Assembly: GCA_964236955.1 (NCBI GenBank)
Contig: CAXSGP010000018.1
Span: forward strand, 13,361-56,018
Direction: 5' to 3'
Source: an uncultured Oligoflexus sp.
GTDB taxonomy: Bacteria; Bdellovibrionota_B; Oligoflexia; Oligoflexales; Oligoflexaceae
DNA: 42,658 nucleotides
Of this stretch, positions 17,859 to 26,767 are shown in pieces. The position numbers were made by a program, and so were the translations under genes. Every line of letters begins with the position of its first letter. Position 1 is the stretch's first letter. The notes under the pieces are model-generated. The model had not been told where the DNA came from, did no database searches, and worked only from the letters and a program-made list of their open reading frames with translations.

Positions 17859-19685
17859 ATGAATTTCTCGAAAGCTTTTATCTTCGTCGCTTTAACAATG
17901 TCGGGGGGCAGTCTTTTCGGGCAAGAATTAAAGGGTCGTTCCTCGATTCTAAGAACGCCCTTTCAATCGCGGAATTCTCAATTTAATCTGAGTTCCAATA
18001 TACCCAATCTAAACCTCGATCTTGTCGACGAGGCGCCTGCAGCTTTGAGAGCTTCTGGTCTCGATGCCCGGTATGGACTTCGACAAAAATTCTTTCAGGG
18101 TTTGAGTCTGAGCGATGACCGCCAAATCGAAACGATCTCCTATGGATTTGATCTCGATAATATTCCCATTTGTGATCTCGAGGTAAAGGTTCATAAAAGT
18201 CTCGACGGTCTCACGTCTGTCATCGGTGATATACCTAACCTTCCCGCGCGATCTTTCCAAGAAACAGATTGGCAATCGCCGGATAAAATCGCCAAGACTG
18301 TGGTCGAGACCTTGCTTGTCTCCAGCATGGGCGCGAACTATAATCTGGTGAGCTCCGCCAAATGTCTTTGGAGCAAAACGGATGAATTGAGGCCGGCATG
18401 GCAGCAAATTATCGCAGTAAACGGTCTGGAATATGAGATTATCACCAACGGCGACGAAGTGTTCCGCTTTGATCCACGATTTTTTCAGGAGACGGGATCT
18501 GCGGAAGTTTATCCCGACAACATAAACGAAGGATCGCCTGAAGTCATTTCCCTTGCCGATATGGATAGTTCAGGTTTCTTATCAAATTCATCCTTTGAAA
18601 TTTGTATGCCGTCGGTCACCGGCTCAAATGCTTGCGTGTCATCGAAAACTGCGCCTGTCCTGCCCTTTGCCCAGGAGCCTAACTTTCAGTTTAACTATGA
18701 CGCCAAGGATGAAGCGAATAAATATATTCAAACCGCTATATTCACGCATGCAAACATCGCTCTGGAATGGATCACGAATCACGGCTATGCGAATTTTGGC
18801 AATTCAAAGATTCAACTCATGGCCCATGCCAAGTTCAGTGGCGACAGCAACAACGCTCTCTATCAACCGGGCGGCGGAACACGATTGCCCATGATACTGG
18901 TGGGGGATGGCGACGGCAATATTCTTCAAAACCTGGGAACCGACGCAGACGTTGTGAGTCATGAGTTCGGCCATCATATCATTTTCAGTACCGTAACCCA
19001 GATATCCGGTGAATCTCTTGTCATTCATGAGGCTATGGCCGACTATTTTACTTTTGCCAGAACCGGCAACGCTTGCCTCGGCGAAAGTGTTTGTCCCAAT
19101 ACCACTGTAGGACGCCAGGTATGTGTTGTGCCTGTCCAGTGTTTGCGCACCGGCGAAAACGATCTCGCTTATGGAGCTAAGAATCTTCCTACGGAGCCTC
19201 ATCAAACCGGCCAGTTTATTTCCGGTATGCTTTGGGATCTTTACAAAAAAGATCGGCTTGCCCTGGACGATGTGACTCATCTGGTCCTAAAGGCTATCGA
19301 TCTATTGGTCTCTAATTCCGGATATAAGCATCTTGTAGTAGCACTACTCTTGGCCGATCATTCCGAATATCAGGGTAAGTACTGCGCCAAAATCCTGAGC
19401 CGGGCCAAAGTCAGAGGTCTTGGCACGATCCTCTCGGATGTATCCTGTGACAATATCGCTCTGACGCCTGCAAGTCCGGGCAAGGTCGACGGTCCGGCTG
19501 TCAATTCTACCCTCCCCGCATCTGTGCCAGCCGCAACGGTAGCGAGTAAAAAAGCTAAGACTTCAAGTTGTGGTGTGCTTGGTGGAGTTTTGGATGGAGC
19601 GGGCTCCGAAGCCGGACTTGCTCTGCTGATGGGGCTTCCCTTTGCCGTCCTTGGTCTAAGACGACGGGATTGTGATAAACGATGA
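17859..19685 (+). CDS. Secreted M36/M4-like zinc metallopeptidase with C-terminal sorting signal
   Basis: Signal peptide from ATG 17859; propeptide-like region; NNALY, DADVVSHEFGH, HEAMADYF, EPHQTG; tail SSCGVLGG-TM-RRR. Confidence 0.85.
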   Translation: MNFSKAFIFVALTMSGGSLFGQELKGRSSILRTPFQSRNSQFNLSSNIPNLNLDLVDEAPAALRASGLDARYGLRQKFFQGLSLSDDRQIETISYGFDLDNIPICDLEVKVHKSLDGLTSVIGDIPNLPARSFQETDWQSPDKIAKTVVETLLVSSMGANYNLVSSAKCLWSKTDELRPAWQQIIAVNGLEYEIITNGDEVFRFDPRFFQETGSAEVYPDNINEGSPEVISLADMDSSGFLSNSSFEICMPSVTGSNACVSSKTAPVLPFAQEPNFQFNYDAKDEANKYIQTAIFTHANIALEWITNHGYANFGNSKIQLMAHAKFSGDSNNALYQPGGGTRLPMILVGDGDGNILQNLGTDADVVSHEFGHHIIFSTVTQISGESLVIHEAMADYFTFARTGNACLGESVCPNTTVGRQVCVVPVQCLRTGENDLAYGAKNLPTEPHQTGQFISGMLWDLYKKDRLALDDVTHLVLKAIDLLVSNSGYKHLVVALLLADHSEYQGKYCAKILSRAKVRGLGTILSDVSCDNIALTPASPGKVDGPAVNSTLPASVPAATVASKKAKTSSCGVLGGVLDGAGSEAGLALLMGLPFAVLGLRRRDCDKR

Positions 19686-19735
19686 AGAGAAGTTGGGGCC
19701 AGAATGCTGGTCCCTGACCTCAGTATTTTTGAATA

Positions 19736-20872
19736 TCAGGGGCTAATGATAAAATCATCGAGCCCTTCACTTTGTGGTATCGAACCTAATTTCGTCAACT
19801 CGCTGTCGAGTAGCTGCAGACTCTCCCTGCTTAGCTGCAGGGCATGTTCCAAAGGTTGAAATGTACTACCCGCTGCAAAGTCCTTCCCAGGGGTGAGGGA
19901 CATTTCTATATGCGCGCCCAGGATATGGCTGACCGCTTTGTCTTCAAGAAAAGTCTGCAGCCTATGAATACTCGCGCGATAGGCATCCCAATCATCAATA
20001 TAAAGACGTCCCGGATAAAGCGTGTCACCGGAAAAAAGAATGCCGGTTTGAGCATCATAGATTCCAATGTGGCTTTCTTCGTGACCAGGGATAGGGATCA
20101 CTTTCAGTATTCTTGCGCCTAAATTAAAATCGACGATCTGATTCGGCCAATCCGTGATTTTAAAGAAGCTGGCGACGGCAGCTTGATTGGTAGCAATCAA
20201 ACTCGTGCCAAGCGCACCTTTGAACTGCAGGTCCCCTGAGCGGTGGTCGCCATGACTATGGGTATGGGCGACCACCAATTGAATCTTAGAGCGATTTTCT
20301 AGTCCGTAGTGTTCATTGACCAAACCTTCAACCGTCCGACCTACGGGAAAGGATGATGCTGAGCTGCTTGCCCCAGTGTCCAAAAGCAAAGCTTTCTCCT
20401 CACCAAAAATCAAGTAGAGAAACGGCGCTTCGAAATTTAAGCATTTATTTTCGCGTAATATCAGCAGGTTCTTATTGTAAACATGGACCTGCAAAGGTGG
20501 GTTGCTGTCGAGGGAGCATCTCCTGGCTCCGTGGATCCATTCGATCTCCAAAGTGCCCTCTTCCAGTTTTAGGGCCGGAGCCGAAGCTATGGATTCGCTG
20601 GACTTCGGTACCGCATCACCCGCTGCTTCTATGACACCAGCTGATCCGGGAGGAACGGCTGCCGTAATAGCATTCTTGCTTGGCGTCTGATCGGCAGACG
20701 GAGACTGTGTCGATTGATCGACTGTCGGGACAGGAGGAGACGCCTCGACAGGATCATGAGTGTCCTGAGCGCCCGCCTGCTTTTCACTGGGGTTCTTTGA
20801 TCCTTTGAGATCGTTACAGCCTGAGAGCGTGCCGAAGGCTGAAAGTGTCAGAAAAAGTGACGATTTCTTCAT
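19736..20872 (-). CDS. Lipoprotein MBL-fold metallo-hydrolase
   Basis: Lipobox LSGC; LLLDTG, THSHGDH, PGH, FSGDT and GAH motifs. Confidence 0.88.
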   Translation of the reverse strand: MKKSSLFLTLSAFGTLSGCNDLKGSKNPSEKQAGAQDTHDPVEASPPVPTVDQSTQSPSADQTPSKNAITAAVPPGSAGVIEAAGDAVPKSSESIASAPALKLEEGTLEIEWIHGARRCSLDSNPPLQVHVYNKNLLILRENKCLNFEAPFLYLIFGEEKALLLDTGASSSASSFPVGRTVEGLVNEHYGLENRSKIQLVVAHTHSHGDHRSGDLQFKGALGTSLIATNQAAVASFFKITDWPNQIVDFNLGARILKVIPIPGHEESHIGIYDAQTGILFSGDTLYPGRLYIDDWDAYRASIHRLQTFLEDKAVSHILGAHIEMSLTPGKDFAAGSTFQPLEHALQLSRESLQLLDSELTKLGSIPQSEGLDDFIISP

Positions 20873-20941
20873 TCTTTGTTCTCACTTAATTCCTACACTT
20901 GGTAAGAAGAGAAGGGGGGCTTTGGCGATGCCACGCTCCGG

Positions 20942-23125
20942 TTATTTTTCTGGCAGGGAGAAACGAATTTCAATAGTGGCGTCGGATTTTGGATCATTGT
21001 CCAGGCTTATGGTGCTGCCAACGACTGTATATTCCGTGGTAACGACGCCATCGATCAAAACTTCCCAGCGGCCTTTGTCCGGATCGGGCACGTTAAGCGT
21101 AAAGACCTTCTGCTTTTCTGTGTAAGTATATTCAACGAGAAAGTCGGTTTTTGCATTCACTGTGCAATTGGCTTCGAGCGAATTAGCAGTGATGGTGATG
21201 CCTTCATTCAGGCGGCAGCCTTCCGTATCTTTCTTAAACAACGCTGTCCCGGCATCGGGCGTGTGCGGCAAAGTAAAGATCCGGCTCGTATTAAGGGGAA
21301 GATCATACTTCAAACTCAGGATGGCGCCGACTCTGTGATCAGCAGCGGGGATAGTAAAGGCATCGCCGGATACAGAAAATGCCAGTTCTTTGCTGCCATC
21401 AAAGACTTTTACGTTGCTGGCGCCCTGGGGTACGGCAACCCGATAGGTAAGTTGAGGACCGACGCGGAAATTGTATTTTATTTCTATATTAGCACCATCG
21501 ACCGGAGCCGGGTTAATAACGACCCGATTATTGGCTGCGTCGTAGGTCATGCCCGCAGCTGCCGTTCCATTCACGAGTACAAGCAAGGAATCCACAAGAG
21601 GCAGGTTGTCTAGGCTAAAAGTATTAAGGAGCGGCGCAAAAATGCGGTAATCGACGGTAATCGTCGCGAGATCAGGCGGTTGAGTGGCAAACTTGATATC
21701 ACGGCCTGTGACGGTGTAGGCTGAGGCAGCGAGAACGGTGCCTCCTATTTTTACAGCGATTGATTCGGGAACCGGATCATTTTTCAGGGTGACTTTGTTA
21801 AACAGCGGCTTGACACCGATTTTATAGTTGGCGATCAGAGTTTTGCCATTGGCCGGCTCTTTGCCGATGACAAAGGTAACAGTCTTGGAGCTAAGCTGGT
21901 AATCCGAAGGCGGAATGACCACGCCATCGACTGTTAGTACCAAAGTATTGGCATCAGGAACCTGAGCCAACTCAAATTGATGCTTAAGCAGAAGGGCGAT
22001 GTCGCTTGAGATGCCTTTTAACGTCGCGCTGTAGTCGGCGTCGCAGATGTTACCAAATTTTTTGGTGCTGTTGACGCCAGTCTTGAATTCCATCAGACGC
22101 TGATATTGAGGCGCCTTGTTGCCGGCGGTTTTACAAGGGTTGGCAGGGGGGCTGAAAATACCGTAAAATCCGGCAGTTTTGCCGATTTCACGGCCCAGTG
22201 TCTTCTCCATGAAATCTTCGAGGAAGACTTCGGTCTTGGCTGGCGAAGTCGGACAGTCCTTACCGTCCAAACTGCAGTTGTCTTCATCGGACACGATAAG
22301 AACAGCGACTGTCGAATCACCCCGTACCCAGGGATGTTCCGTACATTTCAGACCATTGACGGCCTGCCGTATCCCTTCTTCGTTGCCCGATCCGCCGGTT
22401 CCGGCGGTGACGGCTCTAGCAAACTTTGTGCTGGCGTCGGCTTCGTCGCTCTTGATCAGGGTAAGGTTACATTTATCAGCGGCAACCGTCGTGGTAATGA
22501 CGCCGATTCGCCAGTTGGTGTCGATGAGTGAAGTCAGGAGTGCATTCATTTTGGAGGCAAGGTTGGTTTGCTCCTCGGTCATCGAACCCGAGTCATCGAT
22601 AACGACGAGGATATCGACCAGACCTTTTTTACCATCCTGGAGGAAGGTTTCGGTTTTGGGTTGACCGGCAGTGCCCTGGTCGAAGCTGTCCGTGACGGAC
22701 GAGCGGGTGATCTGTTTACGACTGTCGACCTGAGTCTTAAAAGTATCCACCAATTTGAAATCGGTGCTACCCGCACCCAAATCCAACGAAAATTGGAATT
22801 CTTCTGACAGGGTCTGTGAGGCCTTGAAGGTTTCCCGAAGGGAGTCAGGTAATTTGGAGACAACATGTTCCAAAATGGTTTCCGTCGATACCAGAGGGGT
22901 ATCGGTCACTATTTCAGGATCCTGTGGGGCCGGGTCCGGGATATCAATCTCTTCGGTGGGATTGCTTCCAACAGGAGCGACGGGAAGGACGTCACGGGTT
23001 TCCTTGGGAGTAGACAAGGCGCCCTTTTTTATCCCACCCTTAAATTCACGTTCAGCGCAGCTCATGATAAAGGCACCCAAGCTTAGACTTAGGAGCGCAA
23101 GTGAGAACCGAGACGATAGCTTCAT
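20942..23125 (-). CDS. Lipoprotein with vWA/MIDAS domain and six tandem ~58-aa beta repeats (adhesin-like)
   Basis: Lipobox MSC; DILVVIDDSGSM (DxSxS), IGVITT, VLIVSDEDNCS; repeated F-x-L..P...V-x-G...Y...P..G..I-x-I-x-Y units. Confidence 0.85.
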   Translation of the reverse strand: MKLSSRFSLALLSLSLGAFIMSCAEREFKGGIKKGALSTPKETRDVLPVAPVGSNPTEEIDIPDPAPQDPEIVTDTPLVSTETILEHVVSKLPDSLRETFKASQTLSEEFQFSLDLGAGSTDFKLVDTFKTQVDSRKQITRSSVTDSFDQGTAGQPKTETFLQDGKKGLVDILVVIDDSGSMTEEQTNLASKMNALLTSLIDTNWRIGVITTTVAADKCNLTLIKSDEADASTKFARAVTAGTGGSGNEEGIRQAVNGLKCTEHPWVRGDSTVAVLIVSDEDNCSLDGKDCPTSPAKTEVFLEDFMEKTLGREIGKTAGFYGIFSPPANPCKTAGNKAPQYQRLMEFKTGVNSTKKFGNICDADYSATLKGISSDIALLLKHQFELAQVPDANTLVLTVDGVVIPPSDYQLSSKTVTFVIGKEPANGKTLIANYKIGVKPLFNKVTLKNDPVPESIAVKIGGTVLAASAYTVTGRDIKFATQPPDLATITVDYRIFAPLLNTFSLDNLPLVDSLLVLVNGTAAAGMTYDAANNRVVINPAPVDGANIEIKYNFRVGPQLTYRVAVPQGASNVKVFDGSKELAFSVSGDAFTIPAADHRVGAILSLKYDLPLNTSRIFTLPHTPDAGTALFKKDTEGCRLNEGITITANSLEANCTVNAKTDFLVEYTYTEKQKVFTLNVPDPDKGRWEVLIDGVVTTEYTVVGSTISLDNDPKSDATIEIRFSLPEK

Positions 23126-23236
23126 GGAGATATCCTTTTTTGCTAATCAAACTTAAGCCAACAGTTTAGCTTGGCATCCGTTTCACAAACTTCTCTAGAC
23201 TCAAGTCAGCAGGCACAGTGGGGCGGTTAAGAAAGA

Positions 23237-23263
23237 CTATCGGATTGGCGGCCGGAAACTTAA
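23237..23263 (-). promoter_or_regulatory. Sigma28-like promoter of the vWA gene
   Basis: Minus strand TTAAGTTT-N11-TCCGATAG versus consensus TAAAGTTT-N11-GCCGATAA. Confidence 0.6.
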
Positions 23264-23337
23264 GCTTTCGTAAACGCCCTTATATCCACTTGATACCTAA
23301 GGGATTTTTAATGGTGTCGAAGGATTAATTGGTTTTT

Positions 23338-23354
23338 AGATAAATTCCAGGGCG
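23338..23354 (+). repeat. Left 17-bp target-site duplication
   Basis: AGATAAATTCCAGGGCG, identical to 24714-24730. Confidence 0.92.
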
Positions 23355-24713
23355 TGTGAATAACAAGCGATTCTGTCCCCCACTAATTTCCAAGCGATTC
23401 TGTCCCCTAATATAGAATCTCTCCTTTATTCCAGAATGTTACTGGCATACAGGAGGTTCCATGGATGGGGCTATAGTTATGACTAAAAATGAGCAGTATC
23501 TACACAGAATAATTGAAGATTTTCGAGGCGGCAGGGTTTCAAGGAAAGAGGCTGCCCGCCTGGTAGGGCTTTCTGAGAAGTCTGTTCAAAGAAAAGCCAA
23601 AAAGCTTAAGCAGCATGGAGTCTCTGGAATTAAACACGGTAACTATGGGTCTTCTCCTTGCAACAAAGTCTGTGACACCGTGAAAGTTGAGATGCTGAAG
23701 CTTTCAGTTGAGATCTATCCTGACTTTAATATGACTCACTGCTATGAAATCTTGGTAGCAAAGCACAACCTCAAATGTTGCTATGCGACGTTTCATAAGT
23801 GGTGCCGTGAAGCAGGTGTAGGGAAGCGAAAGAGACGTTGTGCTAGCAAGAAACGAATCTATAGAGATCGATTGCCAAATGAAGGGCTTATGCTTCAAAT
23901 GGATGGCTCTCATCACAAATGGAATGGGCAGGACGAGTGGGTGTTAATCTCAGCAATTGACGATGCTACGAGTGATATTCCCTACGCTGAATTCTTTCGA
24001 AGCGAAGATACGATTAGCTGCATGATTGTGCTTCGAAGAATCATTGAAATAAGAGGTGTTCCCGAATCACTTTATGTTGACCACGCAGGGTGGTTCGGAG
24101 GGCTTAAGCGGCAGTTCTTTTCGCAATTTACTCGCGCATGCGGCGAGCTAGGAATACGCGTAATCTACGCTAATTCCCCGGAGGCCAAGGGCCGGATCGA
24201 AAGAACGTGGCAGACGTTCCAAGACCGGTTGATTCCTGAACTGCGAATTCACGGTATCAAATCAATGGGCGCTGCCAACGAATACTTACAGACTCAATTT
24301 ATACCAAAATACTGGCAGCCGCGAAACACTGTAGAAGCTCGAAATTCAGAATCTCGGTACCGCGAGCTTAGTAAATCGGCAAATCTAGACGATATTTTTT
24401 GCATGAAATATAATCGTAAGATTAGGAGGGACCATACTGTCATGTTCGACAATAGACTGTATCGCCTATCGGGCAAGTGGGAGGGCTCAATAGCGAACCG
24501 GGACCTTACCATCATAGAACCCACCATGGGGCCGCTCAGAGCCTGCTACGGCTCGATTGAGATAAGCCTTGAAGAGATCAAGCAGCCAGGAAAAGAGCTC
24601 GCTCGAATATATAGAGACCGAAAAATAGCCTAAACTAAATCTCCCGCGTGGCGATAACGACGCGGGACATAATCCCTTGTTAATTAAGGGGACACAATCG
24701 CAAAAAAATTACA
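23355..24713 (+). mobile_element. Complete insertion sequence, IS1202 family (ISNCY), 1359 bp
   Basis: TGT...ACA ends; imperfect 26-bp IRs (TGTGAATAACAAGCGATTCTGTCCCC vs TGTAATTTTTTTGCGATTGTGTCCCC); internal repeat of the IR core at both ends; 17-bp flanking DR; single DDE transposase. Confidence 0.9.
23461..24633 (+). CDS. DDE transposase (ISNCY/IS1202, integrase-core fold)
   Basis: AGGAGG RBS; N-terminal HTH; LQMDGS, IDDATS, LYVDH and SPEAKGRIER motifs. Confidence 0.93.
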   Translation: MDGAIVMTKNEQYLHRIIEDFRGGRVSRKEAARLVGLSEKSVQRKAKKLKQHGVSGIKHGNYGSSPCNKVCDTVKVEMLKLSVEIYPDFNMTHCYEILVAKHNLKCCYATFHKWCREAGVGKRKRRCASKKRIYRDRLPNEGLMLQMDGSHHKWNGQDEWVLISAIDDATSDIPYAEFFRSEDTISCMIVLRRIIEIRGVPESLYVDHAGWFGGLKRQFFSQFTRACGELGIRVIYANSPEAKGRIERTWQTFQDRLIPELRIHGIKSMGAANEYLQTQFIPKYWQPRNTVEARNSESRYRELSKSANLDDIFCMKYNRKIRRDHTVMFDNRLYRLSGKWEGSIANRDLTIIEPTMGPLRACYGSIEISLEEIKQPGKELARIYRDRKIA

Positions 24714-24730
24714 AGATAAATTCCAGGGCG
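24714..24730 (+). repeat. Right 17-bp target-site duplication
   Basis: AGATAAATTCCAGGGCG directly after the terminal ACA. Confidence 0.92.
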
Positions 24731-24851
24731 TGCGAGACGGTCTCTAGGCAGTAACAAAGCCCAAGATGGGATCACTACGAAGGTCTCAAATAAGCTAGGC
24801 AATAAACGCTAAGCAGTTTATTTCCAATCGATTCCTCTATACTGTAACAAT

Positions 24852-25349
24852 ATGGAGGATTCTATGACCGTTACTGAAAAAACGACGCCTAAGGCTGCGA
24901 AGAAGACGACAAAAAAAGCTAAATCCAAGGGAGCTGGCAAAAAGAAGGAACCGAATCCTAAGGCTGCGAAGGCCAAAGTTGCCAAGCCCACCAAGCCCAA
25001 ACCTGCGGCTAAGGCGGTGAAAGCTAAGGCTAAGCCCAAAAAAGTGACAAAAAAGAAAGTCGCGAAGGTCGCCAAGAAGAAAGCTGGGAAGAGCAAAGTA
25101 AAAGCGGCAAAAAAAATATCCACCAAGGTTATTCAAAAAAAGGTTTTGGATTTATTCGAGACCGCTAAGAAAGCTACTAAGGGCAAAGTTAAAGTTAAAG
25201 TTAAAGTTAAAGCCAAAGCTAAGCCTGCTAAAAAATCCGCCCCAGAGAAAAAAGATTCTGGCGCGACGAAGAGCAAAAGCAAAAAAGATGACACGTTCAA
25301 CTGGTCCGATATCGTCAGCGCAGCCGAAAATTATTTCCGTTCCCGCTAA
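24852..25349 (+). CDS. Histone H1-like Lys/Ala-rich basic protein
   Basis: PKAAKK/KPAAK/KAKAKP repeats; likely start at the MTVTEK ATG after GGAGG; non-repetitive C-terminal FNWSDIVSAAENYFRSR. Confidence 0.75.
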   Translation: MEDSMTVTEKTTPKAAKKTTKKAKSKGAGKKKEPNPKAAKAKVAKPTKPKPAAKAVKAKAKPKKVTKKKVAKVAKKKAGKSKVKAAKKISTKVIQKKVLDLFETAKKATKGKVKVKVKVKAKAKPAKKSAPEKKDSGATKSKSKKDDTFNWSDIVSAAENYFRSR

Positions 25350-25581
25350 TATTGAGCCTCTGCCTTTACTCTGGAATGCGGCTAGGCGAAATCATTCACC
25401 TAGCCTAAAGCCTAGGTCCCATCTTCCAGGTGCACCCATCTCTGCCAAATTCATAAAAGTTGGAATCGTTGTTGTCCTTTGCATAGGCCATGGGCAGCGC
25501 CGGCTGCCGAGGTGTTTTATATCTTTGTAAGACTTCTTCGATGGAGTATTATATTGAAAACCGAATTGAGGATACTCACCA

Positions 25582-25986
25582 ATGAGCGAAGGCATGGCGT
25601 CCAAAAAAAATCCAATTCTGCTTGGGATCGTCCTTATTTTGATAGTCGTTGGCCTTGTTGCGGTGCTGAATAGGAATAAGCTGCCTAGCGCAGAGCAGAA
25701 AAACGCCGCGACAGTTCGCGCCTCGGTAGCGACGCTAGAGCCGGGAATGAGGAAATTTCTGGCCCATAATGGACGCTTTCCTCTCCAGGTTTCGGAACTC
25801 CTTGAGGCCGGTGCCAAAGGCGGGCCCTACATCGACGAGACTTTGATACGGGACGCCTGGGGGACGGAATTTCAATTTTTGCTGCTTGGAGATGGAAATT
25901 GTGAGCTGACATCCGCTGGACTGGATAAGGCCTTTGGAACCGCTGACGATGTGAAAGTAGTGGTCCTGGTCAAAGCCAAGTCTTAA
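25582..25986 (+). CDS. GspG-like (T2SS major pseudopilin domain) protein, orphan
   Basis: N-terminal TM; GRFP...L..L, GPYI, DAWGTEFQF and SAGLDKAFGTADD motifs of the T2SSG domain. Confidence 0.75.
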   Translation: MSEGMASKKNPILLGIVLILIVVGLVAVLNRNKLPSAEQKNAATVRASVATLEPGMRKFLAHNGRFPLQVSELLEAGAKGGPYIDETLIRDAWGTEFQFLLLGDGNCELTSAGLDKAFGTADDVKVVVLVKAKS

Positions 25987-26090
25987 GGGGAGGCCCTGGA
26001 CGGAAGCGAGGTTCATAGGTTTTCCGGGCCCTTGATGGAGTCTCCCAGACCAGGCAAGGGCTCGGCGCTTGCCTTGGGATCACGTTTTAT

Positions 26091-26414
26091 TTAGCAGGGC
26101 GAAAAACCCATTTCCACCATGGTCGCCCGCATTCCATCGTGGGGTGCGGTGACTTCGCAGGTGGAGGGGTCCTGGACATAGTCGCTCGCTTTCACCTCAA
26201 CCCTGATAAGCTGACCATCCGGCTTAAGTTTGCAGTAGGAAACTCTCCCTAACTTGGCCATGACCGGCTTTATGCATTGGGTGCTAAGGGTGGAGGAGGG
26301 ATCAGCTGCAACCAGGGTCTCGGGCTGCGCTTCCCTTGAATCATCGTCACGACCGCAAGCCTGAGCCAACAGCGAAAGGAAAAGGCAAGAGCAGAGAACA
26401 CTTGCTTGAAACAT
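26091..26414 (-). CDS. Small Cys-rich hypothetical lipoprotein
   Basis: MFQASVLCSCLFLSLLAQAC lipobox; four further Cys residues. Confidence 0.6.
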   Translation of the reverse strand: MFQASVLCSCLFLSLLAQACGRDDDSREAQPETLVAADPSSTLSTQCIKPVMAKLGRVSYCKLKPDGQLIRVEVKASDYVQDPSTCEVTAPHDGMRATMVEMGFSPC

Positions 26415-26767
26415 GATGCGCCCCGTCTGTATAGGTTTAAATCCAGGCAAAATAGCCGATCGTAAATTCGCAGGTTTCTGAAAAGAGTAACCCTCCTTGG
26501 CAATCTTGCGCCGCAAGCTTGTCTTTCGTCAAATCCCCAGTTCGATATTTATCACTAAGCATTTAAAATTATAGAACGAAGAGCCTGATTATGGACTCAT
26601 TTTTTCAGATCTTGGTTTCATTTTGATTTTTTGTCAAATTGACGTAACAATGGCTGGCAATGAGATTGCAGGCCTAACAAAAATCCTGTAAGTGTTGACG
26701 CGCATGGCGGAAGACCCAAGCTCTTCTGATCCAAGAAACCCTATGCATATGACTAGGTACATGACCC

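Noticed and set aside
23280..23354. dif/XerCD site next to the IS (some IS1202 members target these)
   Set aside because: No 11-6-11 dif-like sequence is visible, and the Xer-targeting subgroup makes short DRs rather than 17 bp.
23364..23407. 17-bp direct repeat pair as a mini-CRISPR or iterons
   Set aside because: Only two copies with a 10-bp spacer, and the motif recurs inverted at the other IS end; best explained as transposase-binding sites.
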